Origin: Geobacteraceae bacterium
Lineage (GTDB): Bacteria > Desulfobacterota > Desulfuromonadia > Geobacterales > Geobacteraceae
Reading direction: 5' to 3'
DNA length: 32,000 nt
Assembly: GCA_023701365.1 (NCBI GenBank)
Contig: JAMPXD010000006.1
Span: 1 to 32,000 of the forward strand
The notes under the pieces were generated by a model. The model had not been told where the DNA came from and did no database searches. It saw only the letters and a program-made list of their open reading frames with translations. The translations under genes were made by a program, and so were the position numbers. Below are positions 1 through 6,700 of this stretch, one piece after another; within the stretch, counting starts at the first letter, position 1; each line of letters starts with the position of its first letter.

Positions 1-45
1 GGGGGGGGGTTGGGGAGGGGGTGAAGTTGGACTTTTGCAAGAGGC

Positions 46-1086
46 TCAATCGTTATACTTTTTCAAGAAAGCCCTGGCATCATTCAAGAGCGCCTTGCCG
101 TTGCCCCCCTTGGCGTTAACCTCTTTGACCCATTCGTCATCAACACCTTCGGTCGCTTTGAGCCAGCGCCTGTATTCGGCATCGCTCAGGGTATTGATGG
201 TGTTTTTGCGATCGACAGAAACCTTGCGTGATGCCAGCACTCCTTCGTCCCAGATCTTCCCCACCCACCTGGATGTCTCGATGCCGCTGTTCTGGTCGAT
301 GACCTTCTTCAAATCCGGCGGCAGGCTGTTGTACCTGGCCTGATTCATCGCAAACACGAAGATGGCGTTGGCGTGTTTGGCCTGGTTCGGGCCGGTCTCG
401 GTACTGGATTTGCAGACTTCATTCAATTTGAGTGACGGTGTTACCTCCCAGGGTAAACTGGCGCCATCGATCACGGCCTTAGCCAATGATTCCGGCACAA
501 CCGGTATCGGCATCTGCACCGGGACCGCTCCGAGCGCCGCCAGGGTCTTGGAGCCGATACGGTTCGGGGCGCGGACCTTCAAGCCTTTGAGGTCTTCCAG
601 GGTCTTGACCGACTTGCTGCCGAAGTGCAGCTGTGAACCGTCGTGCACATGGGTAAAGATCAGCCTGACCCCCTTGAACTCGTCCATGGCGTTTTTATGG
701 ACGTAGTCCCACATGGCCTGGCTCCCCTTTTCCGCACTCTTGACCATGAACGGCAGCTCGAACACCTCGGACCTGGTAAAGCGTCCCGCCTGATAGGTCG
801 GCACTGTCCAGACGATATCGGCCACCCCGTCCCGCGCCTGGTCGAACAGCTGCGCCGGGGTACCCCCCAGCTGCATGGACGGGTAGATCTGGCACTTGAG
901 CCGGCCGTTGGACTCCTTGTTGATCTTGTCACACCATGGTATGGCATTTTTTTGATTGAAAGATGAAGTGGCAGGGAGGAAGTGGGCGACCTTGAGGGTT
1001 ATCACCTCCGGGGCAGCGCCGGCAACGCCGGCTCCGAACGCTATGGCGGCTACGGTAAACATCATGCACACCTTGAACAGTTTCAT
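46..1086 (-). CDS. TRAP transporter periplasmic solute-binding protein (DctP family)
   Basis: 346-aa ORF with an N-terminal signal peptide (MKLFKVCMMFTVAAIAFGAGVAGA) and a DctP-like sequence pattern throughout. GGAGGAGG Shine-Dalgarno (SD) just upstream of the ATG at 1086. The membrane partners dctQ/dctM are not in the window; they would lie left of position 1. Confidence 0.9.
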   Translation of the reverse strand: MKLFKVCMMFTVAAIAFGAGVAGAAPEVITLKVAHFLPATSSFNQKNAIPWCDKINKESNGRLKCQIYPSMQLGGTPAQLFDQARDGVADIVWTVPTYQAGRFTRSEVFELPFMVKSAEKGSQAMWDYVHKNAMDEFKGVRLIFTHVHDGSQLHFGSKSVKTLEDLKGLKVRAPNRIGSKTLAALGAVPVQMPIPVVPESLAKAVIDGASLPWEVTPSLKLNEVCKSSTETGPNQAKHANAIFVFAMNQARYNSLPPDLKKVIDQNSGIETSRWVGKIWDEGVLASRKVSVDRKNTINTLSDAEYRRWLKATEGVDDEWVKEVNAKGGNGKALLNDARAFLKKYND

Positions 1087-1157
1087 GTTACGCCTCCTCC
1101 TCTGTGGTTAGGGTTAGCTTCCTTCTTTCGACAACGCAGCCGATGTCGCCACTTGGT

Positions 1158-2102
1158 TCATTTGGGCTCCAGGGCCTTCACCAGGCCGCGGATCATGGTG
1201 TTGTAGGGGGTGGCCATCCCGGCCTGGGCGCCGTATTCGACGATTTTGCCGTTGATGTAATCGATTTCGGTCCTGCGCCCCGCCTCGATGTCCTGCAGCA
1301 TGGAGGGTTTGTGGTTGCCGGCGTTCCTGATGTAGTTGATGCAGTAAGGGTAGAAGTCGGAGCCCAGGGTAAATTCGTTGGCCCGCGCCACGGCGACCCC
1401 CTCCTTGATGAGACCGTCCACCAGGTTGAAGAGGATCGGGTCGATGATGATCTCGATCATGGTCTTGCCGGTTACCGCGCAGATGGCGTTCATGCAGGAG
1501 TTCATCACCGACTTGCGCCAGACCATGTCGGTGATCTGCTCGGTGTGCCGGGTATCGAGGCCGCAGGAGGTGAGCGCGGCGCAGATCCCGATGGCCGCCT
1601 CGCGGGAGCCCGGATCGAGCTCCTGAAGAAAGTGGGGGCGGTGGTGGAAGGCGACCCGGACATGGGCGGGACCGACCGGGACGCAGCCGTAGTTGACCAC
1701 CCCCCGCATCACGGCCGCTCGCCCCAGGTGCTCCGCCAGGACCAGCTCGGTGTCGATGCCGTTTTGCCAGCTGACCACGTAGCGCCCCGGGGCGACGAAC
1801 CCCTCCAGGGCCGAGGCGATCAGGGGGAGCGCGGTCGCCTTGACGGTGACGAAAATGACGTCGGGCGGCTCCGCGAGGAGGTCGTCGACGCAGGTGGTGA
1901 CCCTGGCGACTCTCGCCCGCAGGTTGTCGACCCCTTCGATCTCGATCCCCGGATCGAGGGCCGGCTCCAGCAGAGCGGGCACCACGTCGCAGAGCGTGAC
2001 CTCGAAGCCCCCCCCGGCAAGAAAGGCGGCGACGATAGCCCCGACCGGGCCGGCGCCGATGACCGCGAATTTGGTTGGCCGGTAACTGCTTTCTTCCTGC
2101 AT
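1158..2102 (-). CDS. Ketopantoate reductase (ApbA/PanE) family NAD(P)-dependent oxidoreductase
   Basis: 314 aa with an N-terminal Rossmann motif (FAVIGAGPVGAIVAAFLAGGGFEV) and family-typical length. GGGGGAG SD overlaps the stop of the upstream ACT gene. The substrate cannot be assigned from sequence. Confidence 0.85.
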   Translation of the reverse strand: MQEESSYRPTKFAVIGAGPVGAIVAAFLAGGGFEVTLCDVVPALLEPALDPGIEIEGVDNLRARVARVTTCVDDLLAEPPDVIFVTVKATALPLIASALEGFVAPGRYVVSWQNGIDTELVLAEHLGRAAVMRGVVNYGCVPVGPAHVRVAFHHRPHFLQELDPGSREAAIGICAALTSCGLDTRHTEQITDMVWRKSVMNSCMNAICAVTGKTMIEIIIDPILFNLVDGLIKEGVAVARANEFTLGSDFYPYCINYIRNAGNHKPSMLQDIEAGRRTEIDYINGKIVEYGAQAGMATPYNTMIRGLVKALEPK

Positions 2103-2113
2103 ATGGGCTCCCC

Positions 2114-2557
2114 CTATTCCAGCATGCCGAAGCTCTCGGCATCGAGTATTCTGATGTTGCTCCCCCTGAGGATCTCCAGGGCGCGGTCGTTGTCGCTGAA
2201 GCGAAAGACCATCACCGCCTTCCCGGAGCTGCTGCCGGTACCCGCCAGGGCGTACATGTAGTCAACGTTCACCTGGTGCGGGAGAAACAGCTTGAGCACG
2301 TTGTTGGCCAGGCTTCCGGGGGTGTCCTCGATCTCGATGGCGATCACGTCGTCCACGCGCGCCGGGAACTGCCTTTCCATGATGACCCGGCGCGCCCTGG
2401 CCACGTCCGAGACCAGGATGCGCAAGACCCCGAAGCCGCCGGTATCGCAGATGGTGAGGGACCTCAGGTTTAGCCCCGCCTCCCCCAGGGCGTTGGTGGC
2501 GTTGTAGAGGCGACCGGGGGCGTTTTCAAGGAATACGGACAATTGCTTCAGTTTCAT
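2114..2557 (-). CDS. ACT domain-containing (small-molecule binding) protein
   Basis: 147 aa. Two ACT-like halves (SVFLENAPGRLYNATNALGEAGLNLRSL... and IEIEDTPGSLANNVLKLF...). GGGAGG SD. Only 11 nt downstream of the PaaK-like gene, a pairing common in anaerobes. Confidence 0.8.
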   Translation of the reverse strand: MKLKQLSVFLENAPGRLYNATNALGEAGLNLRSLTICDTGGFGVLRILVSDVARARRVIMERQFPARVDDVIAIEIEDTPGSLANNVLKLFLPHQVNVDYMYALAGTGSSSGKAVMVFRFSDNDRALEILRGSNIRILDAESFGMLE

Positions 2558-2568
2558 GAAACCTCCCT

Positions 2569-3912
2569 TTACCTGGGGCGCCGGTCATCGACCCGCTTGG
2601 CCTTCCCTTCACTGCGCGGGATCGTGCCGGGGGGCACTAGGGTCACAGCCACGGTGATGCCGACCACCTCCTTGATGTCCCGGCGGATACGGTCGACCTT
2701 CTGCCGCGCCACTTCCACATCGGCCAGGATGTTGCCGGCGCTGCCGGCCAGCACGTCGGCCGCGGCCCTGACCATGAAATCCTCGGTCACCTCGATCTGC
2801 ACATTGACCTCGTCCATGCTCCCGATGCGCTCCACCACGATCAGGTAGTGGGGCGCGACCCCCTGGCGATTGAGGATGATCGACTCGATCTGCGAGGGGA
2901 AGAAGTTGACCCCGCGGATGATCAGCATATCGTCGGTGCGGCCGGAGAGCCGGTCCATCTTGACCAGGGTGCGGCCGCAGGCGCATGGTTCGAGGCTCAG
3001 CCGGGTGATGTCCCGGGTGCGGAAGCGCAGGAGCGGCTGCCCCTCGTTGCCGATGGTGGTGATCACCAGCTCCCCGGTCGCGCCGCAGGGGAGCACCTCG
3101 CCGGTATCGGGGTCGATGATCTCGGGATAGAAGAAGTCCTCGTTGATGTGCAGGCCGTTGCGGGCCTCGTGGCACTCGAAGGAGACCCCCGGGCCGATGA
3201 TCTCCGAAAGGCCGTAGATGTCGCAGGCGGTGATGCCGAGCTTCTCCTGGATCGCCTGGCGCATCGACTCGCTCCAGGGCTCGGCGCCGAACAGCCCGGT
3301 CCTGAGCTTGAGCTTCCTGAAGTCCACCCCCATCTGCTCCCCCACCTCGCAGACGTGCATCAGGAACGAGGGGGTGGAGGTAATCGCGGTGGTGCCGAAG
3401 TCCTGCATCAGCATGATCTGCCGCTGGGTGCTGCCGCCGGAGATCGGGATCACCGCGGCCCCGACCCGGATGGTGCCGTAGTGGGCTCCCAGGCCGCCGG
3501 TAAAGAGACCGTAGCCGTACATGTTCTGCACCACGTCCTTGCTGGTGATGCCGGCGCCGGTGCAGGCCCTGGCCATGACCTCGTTCCAGAGCTCCAGGTC
3601 CTTCCTGGTATAGCCCACCACGACCGGCTTGCCGGTGGTGCCGGAGGTGGCGTGATATTCGACGATCTCCTCCTGGGGGGCGGTAAAGAGGTTGAAGGGG
3701 TAGTTGTCCCGAATCTGCATCTTGGTGGTGAAGGGAAGTCTCCGGACATCGTCCAGCGACTTGATGTCGCCCGGTTTCACCCCCGCTTCGTCGAGTTTGT
3801 TTCGGTAAAAGGGGTTTTTCCCGTAGACGTAAGCGACCGTTTTCTGCATCTTGGCCAACTGGATGTCCCGCATCTCGCCGCGACTTACCGTCTCCTCTCT
3901 GCTCCACGCCAT
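2569..3912 (-). CDS. paaK: Phenylacetate-CoA ligase family (PaaK-like aryl/arylacetate-CoA ligase)
   Basis: 447 aa. N-terminal PaaK signature region (FYRNKLDEAGV...LPFTTK...RDNYPF...) and the adenylate-forming motif ATSGTTGKP. GAGAGGTGAGG SD upstream of the ATG at 3912. The true substrate is unknown. Confidence 0.9.
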   Translation of the reverse strand: MAWSREETVSRGEMRDIQLAKMQKTVAYVYGKNPFYRNKLDEAGVKPGDIKSLDDVRRLPFTTKMQIRDNYPFNLFTAPQEEIVEYHATSGTTGKPVVVGYTRKDLELWNEVMARACTGAGITSKDVVQNMYGYGLFTGGLGAHYGTIRVGAAVIPISGGSTQRQIMLMQDFGTTAITSTPSFLMHVCEVGEQMGVDFRKLKLRTGLFGAEPWSESMRQAIQEKLGITACDIYGLSEIIGPGVSFECHEARNGLHINEDFFYPEIIDPDTGEVLPCGATGELVITTIGNEGQPLLRFRTRDITRLSLEPCACGRTLVKMDRLSGRTDDMLIIRGVNFFPSQIESIILNRQGVAPHYLIVVERIGSMDEVNVQIEVTEDFMVRAAADVLAGSAGNILADVEVARQKVDRIRRDIKEVVGITVAVTLVPPGTIPRSEGKAKRVDDRRPR

Positions 3913-3956
3913 GGCCTCACCTCTCTTTTTCTGGATTCGTCAATAAAATATTGTTT

Positions 3957-3972
3957 TGCATTCAGTATGCCA
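3957..3972 (-). promoter_or_regulatory. Candidate sigma54 (-24/-12) promoter for the paaK-ACT-oxidoreductase-dctP operon
   Basis: The minus strand reads TGGCATactgaATGCA. GG and GC are separated by exactly 10 nt, against the consensus TGGCAC-N5-TTGCA. It lies about 45-60 nt upstream of the paaK ATG. Confidence 0.6.
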
Positions 3973-4190
3973 TTTACGAATAGCTCATTGGCAATTGCGT
4001 AACATGCTGTTATTTATAATATTAATGATATAATATTGTCTTTTTTCAGATGAGCTCAAAAAATATGCGGCGATATTTCGTCGGCTGCCGCGACCGTCGA
4101 ACCATTCGGGCCGACATGTTCAAGCGATAACGGGCGGGATTTTCACGGAAATACTAGGGAAGAGCTTTCCGGAACCGGCGTCGGGAGATA

Positions 4191-4223
4191 GACGATATAT
4201 CGTCGCACTGACGATATATCGTC
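4191..4223. promoter_or_regulatory. Two identical 14-bp perfect palindromes (GACGATATATCGTC) spaced by 5 bp; candidate dimer-binding operator or enhancer (UAS)
   Basis: GACGATATATCGTC at 4191-4204 and again at 4210-4223, each its own reverse complement. They lie about 220-250 bp upstream of the sigma54 promoter and about 175 bp upstream of the small plus-strand ORF. Confidence 0.5.
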
Positions 4224-4398
4224 TCTCCGAGGAACATCTCACGGGTCAGCCCCGCCGGGGGCCTTGAGCCACGGCGGTTTTTCTTGACACTGGGGGTGGA
4301 AAAAAGTACTTTTCGTTAACGGATCTTCAGGAGAGGACACATGGTAATTGCATTCTTCAGCGGTAGAAAACGGGACCGAAGGGGAAGCGGAATTAAGT

Positions 4399-4548
4399 AT
4401 GTCCCCGGAATTCCTGCCCAAAACGGCGTTGCGTGAGCAACTGAAAGCCGCCGGGGGGCGCTGGAATCCGGAGGAACGTGTCTGGCGGGTCTGTTTTGGT
4501 GCGATTCGGGGTGACACGACACTGGTGGAACGGATCGTGAGGGAGTAG
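4399..4548 (+). CDS. Small hypothetical protein with a DUF5710-like motif (possible mobile-element remnant)
   Basis: 49 aa from the ATG at 4399; the ORF track extends it to a TTG at 4348. It contains LKAAGGRWNPEERVWRV, which resembles the K-x-x-G-A-R-W-D/N-x-x-x-K/R-x-W-y-V motif I associate with DUF5710 domains of plasmid/ICE primase-type proteins. GGAAGCGGA is a possible SD. Confidence 0.4.
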   Translation: MSPEFLPKTALREQLKAAGGRWNPEERVWRVCFGAIRGDTTLVERIVRE

Positions 4549-4589
4549 GAGGCAAACCGGGGTACGATGCGAGCAGACCGAACCGGCAG

Positions 4590-4746
4590 GTCAGGTATAC
4601 GGAGAATAAGTCACCTATACCGGTTACCAGCTCTTACCAAGGAAAAGCGGGATAAAGCCACGTATATAGGTGACTGTCAGGTTCCTTATATACGGCACTG
4701 TTTACGTATATAGGTGACAAGTCACTTATATACGGATACCGGTGAC
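4590..4746. repeat. Iteron/operator-like array: about 7 copies of GTCAC(C/T)TATATACGG in both orientations
   Basis: Forward copies at 4590-4602, 4610-4623, 4676-4695 (with an internal insertion) and 4721-4735. Inverted copies at 4661-4674 and 4705-4718, plus a partial copy at 4736-4746. An exact 15-nt repeat (acgtatataggtgac) occurs at 4660-4674 and 4704-4718. Copies 4705-4718 and 4721-4735 form a 14-bp-arm palindrome with one mismatch, 38 nt upstream of the next ATG. Confidence 0.6.
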
Positions 4747-4773
4747 TAACGAGTTGTGCAAGGAAGTTTAAAA

Positions 4774-5565
4774 ATGACGCTACTAATAAACCAGATACAT
4801 GTTGATGCTGAGAAAAACGATCACTTTTGGATAGCGGCGGCAGACGAATGGCTATCAAATTCGAAGGGGTTTCACTCAATAAAAAGGAAAATATTTCCGT
4901 TCAAGAGACTTAACTGCTGCATTTCATACTTTGGACTTGCTGCATACAAGATAAATGGAAAGGATATTTATATTGGTGATTTAATACAAAAATTTATTGC
5001 CAATGACTCTCTTTCGCAAACCATAAGAGATTTTTCGTGCAATATTAAAACCCACCTAAACTCGAAGGTTCCTAACACAGTGCTCTCCCAGGAAGGTTCT
5101 GGTTTTCATATTTGTGGTTTTGAATCGAATGGTCTTCCAGTTCTTTATCATTTTTCCAATATTAGCGGGATGAATGACATTTTCTATGGAACTAATTCAA
5201 GCACATATAACGATGTAACTGAGGACTTTATTGGAAGAGACGCTAATAATTTTGGCTATGATCCGAACAATTTAACTTTTTCTAAAAGTGGCACCTTCGA
5301 ATATAGAAATGGCGATTTGTCTATACATGTCAATCTCTCGAAAGATTTGTTGAGTACTTTGAAAAAAATCCCTGAATACGGGAACTATGTCATTTTAAAA
5401 GGGCCTTATCACTATGCCAAAATGATTGATATGCTTTATAAAATCATTATCAAGATTCAGAAAGAGTGGGCGAAGAAACAACGTATCGGCGGGAAAAATA
5501 CTATTTTGATAATAAAGAAAACTGGCATCGAAGTGAAGAAACGAGGGAAATGGAGCCGTCTTTAG
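4774..5565 (+). CDS. Hypothetical protein, AT-rich; possible divergent proteasome-beta/HslV-like N-terminal-nucleophile (Ntn) hydrolase
   Basis: 263 aa from the ATG at 4774, with AAGGAAG SD 6 nt upstream (the track start at 4756 is less likely). A roughly 790-nt open frame in visibly AT-rich DNA is unlikely by chance. Motif order resembles proteasome beta subunits: M-T at the N-terminus, FWIAAAD, KIFPF, ISYFGLAA, GSGFHICGFESNGLPVLYHFSNISG, and IGGKNTILIIKKTGIEV near the C-terminus. Confidence 0.75.
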   Translation: MTLLINQIHVDAEKNDHFWIAAADEWLSNSKGFHSIKRKIFPFKRLNCCISYFGLAAYKINGKDIYIGDLIQKFIANDSLSQTIRDFSCNIKTHLNSKVPNTVLSQEGSGFHICGFESNGLPVLYHFSNISGMNDIFYGTNSSTYNDVTEDFIGRDANNFGYDPNNLTFSKSGTFEYRNGDLSIHVNLSKDLLSTLKKIPEYGNYVILKGPYHYAKMIDMLYKIIIKIQKEWAKKQRIGGKNTILIIKKTGIEVKKRGKWSRL

Positions 5566-5732
5566 CCCAACCCGCGGCGGCACTCGGTCTCCGCTTCGCT
5601 CCGCCGGTGCGCCTTGTGACGTTCGACAGAAGACAGAAAAATGAAGACATATGACCAGCGGTGAGGGAAAAAGGCAAAGGAACTGTTCAGCGGGAGAAAG
5701 TTTCCAGAGTAGAGGCGGTATTGCAGGAACCG

Positions 5733-6071
5733 CTAATGGCCGTGTGCTACGCATTCCGACAGCAGGTCGATGATCCAGGCGTTGATGCTTTTGCCATGCG
5801 CGGCAGCTTGAGCGGCAAGCCGTTCATGCAAGGCAGGGGGCACTCGCAAGTTGAATTTTCCAGAGAAATGCTTGCGAGGCTCAACTCCCTCCTCGGCGCA
5901 CATTTCCAGGAAAGCTTTCAGCGAAATCTCACCCTCTTTCCGAAGTTCATCAACCGTGGTAGCATAGAAATCCGCTCCACCGTTAATTCCGACGAACTCA
6001 CCTCGGAACATGTTGATCTCCGGATCAAAGGAAATGACTGCCTGGTAACCGTTAATTTCCATATTGTTCAT
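5733..6071 (-). CDS. hicB: Type II antitoxin, HicB family (C-terminal ribbon-helix-helix)
   Basis: 112 aa. The HicB-like N-terminal fold pattern (YQAVISFDPEINMFRGEFVGINGGADFYATTVDEL) is followed by a RHH-like tail (FNLRVPPALHERLAAQAAAHGKSINAWIIDLL). It overlaps hicA by 4 nt (ATGA). Confidence 0.85.
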   Translation of the reverse strand: MNNMEINGYQAVISFDPEINMFRGEFVGINGGADFYATTVDELRKEGEISLKAFLEMCAEEGVEPRKHFSGKFNLRVPPALHERLAAQAAAHGKSINAWIIDLLSECVAHGH

Positions 6072-6322
6072 GGTTTCACCCCATTATCTTCAAGCCACTT
6101 GCGGATGGAGGTCACTGCCCCTTTATCGGTATCTGGCGATGGATGTGGGCGATGAAATACCCGTCGATCACCAAAAAGCCGAACGCCGACGCGGGACCCC
6201 TCCCGCTCGGTGGTCTCTGCCCCAAGCTCCCGAAAGAGAGCCACGATATCCGGCCATTGAATATTGCCGGGGACAGGATGGGCAAAGATCGATTCAAGTG
6301 TTTTATGATGCTTTCGTTTCAC
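6068..6322 (-). CDS. hicA: Type II toxin, HicA family (mRNA interferase)
   Basis: 84 aa with a GTG start at 6322 and an in-frame TAA 9 nt upstream. Pattern KTLESIF...W.DI..L...LG....EG.GSRV......FHRPHP...DKGAV..IRK.L as in the longer HicA subgroup. Toxin-first order with a 4-nt overlap onto hicB. Confidence 0.8.
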   Translation of the reverse strand: MKRKHHKTLESIFAHPVPGNIQWPDIVALFRELGAETTEREGSRVGVRLFGDRRVFHRPHPSPDTDKGAVTSIRKWLEDNGVKP

Positions 6323-6328
6323 AAGATA

Positions 6329-6357
6329 TTAGTACCACATTGCGGTACCATCGTCAA
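6329..6357 (-). promoter_or_regulatory. Possible sigma70-type promoter with GTACC-N8-GTACC operator-like repeat for hicAB
   Basis: The minus strand reads TTGACG-N17-TACTAA ending about 6 nt before the GTG, which would imply a very short or absent leader. The spacer contains GGTACCGCAATGTGGTAC. No SD is visible. Weak call. Confidence 0.3.
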
Positions 6358-6700
6358 CATAAAAACTGTCAAACTACTCGCGACAGACGGTCGGCTTCGC
6401 CGCCGCTGCGCTCTCCCCAGTTGGCGTGAAAGGGGGGTTTCTGGGGTGGGGTTTCTGGGGTCGGACCAAGCTAACGGGCTGTAATTATAGAATTAACTTG
6501 CATTTTAAGCCTCCTTTTTCGCCTTAAAGCCACGTTTTTGATGGTAAAAAGGAGCCTTTAAGAGTTTCGGGGCAAATGAAGTTACCGACCAAATAGTTGG
6601 ACAACCACCGGGCGATAATGCCGCCCGAACGGGTCAACTGCTGGCTCGTTGGCGTGAAAGTGAATGAGAAAATAAATCTGTACATTTTGAGGTATTTCAA

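Noticed and set aside
1-22. G-run GGGGGGGGGTTGGGGAGGGGGTG at the very start of the window (possible G-quadruplex, or C-rich tract after the dctP stop)
   Set aside because: It touches the window edge, so its context is unknown. It could be part of a larger element, a terminator partner or an assembly-end artefact. There is not enough sequence to interpret it.
1104-2261. 385-aa plus-strand ORF, plus the 342-aa alternative minus-frame ORF at 1114-2142, overlapping the ketopantoate-reductase-like gene
   Set aside because: Both lie antisense to, or out of frame with, a gene that has clear family motifs. The translations are Arg/Gly/Pro/Asp/His-rich low-complexity strings typical of spurious open frames in GC-rich DNA, and neither has an SD.
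2848-4002. 384-aa plus-strand ORF antisense to the PaaK-like ligase (also the 2609-3907 minus alternative frame)
   Set aside because: Same high-GC artefact pattern. The PaaK frame carries the recognisable motifs, and these frames do not.
5661-6155. 164-aa plus-strand ORF antisense to hicB/hicA (and 6064-6429, 6143-6484 on the plus strand)
   Set aside because: The hicAB pair on the minus strand has family-typical sequences and a 4-nt overlap. The plus-strand frames have no recognisable features.
5588-6412. GC-rich look-alike segments flanking hicAB (cggtctccgcttcgctccgccggtgcgcc at about 5588-5616, versus cggtcggcttcgccgccgctgcgctc at about 6388-6413)
   Set aside because: The alignment needs several gaps, and the sequence is low-complexity GC-rich. 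This could be chance or a degenerate cassette boundary, and I cannot decide by eye.
6511-6554. Hairpin CTCCTTTTT (6511-6519) with AAAAAGGAG (6546-6554) and a 26-nt loop, upstream of rsgA
   Set aside because: The loop is large and there is no flanking U-tract in either orientation. The arms look like an SD/anti-SD-type sequence by chance in AT-rich DNA. No supported function.
6420-6660. 13-bp direct repeat GTTGGCGTGAAAG at 6420-6432 and 6648-6660 (possible target-site duplication or att remnant), and the 2 x 14-bp tandem GGGGTTTCTGGGGT at about 6434-6461
   Set aside because: A single 13-mer match is only marginally improbable, and nothing mobile lies between the copies. It is noted as a possible island-junction scar but is too weak to call.
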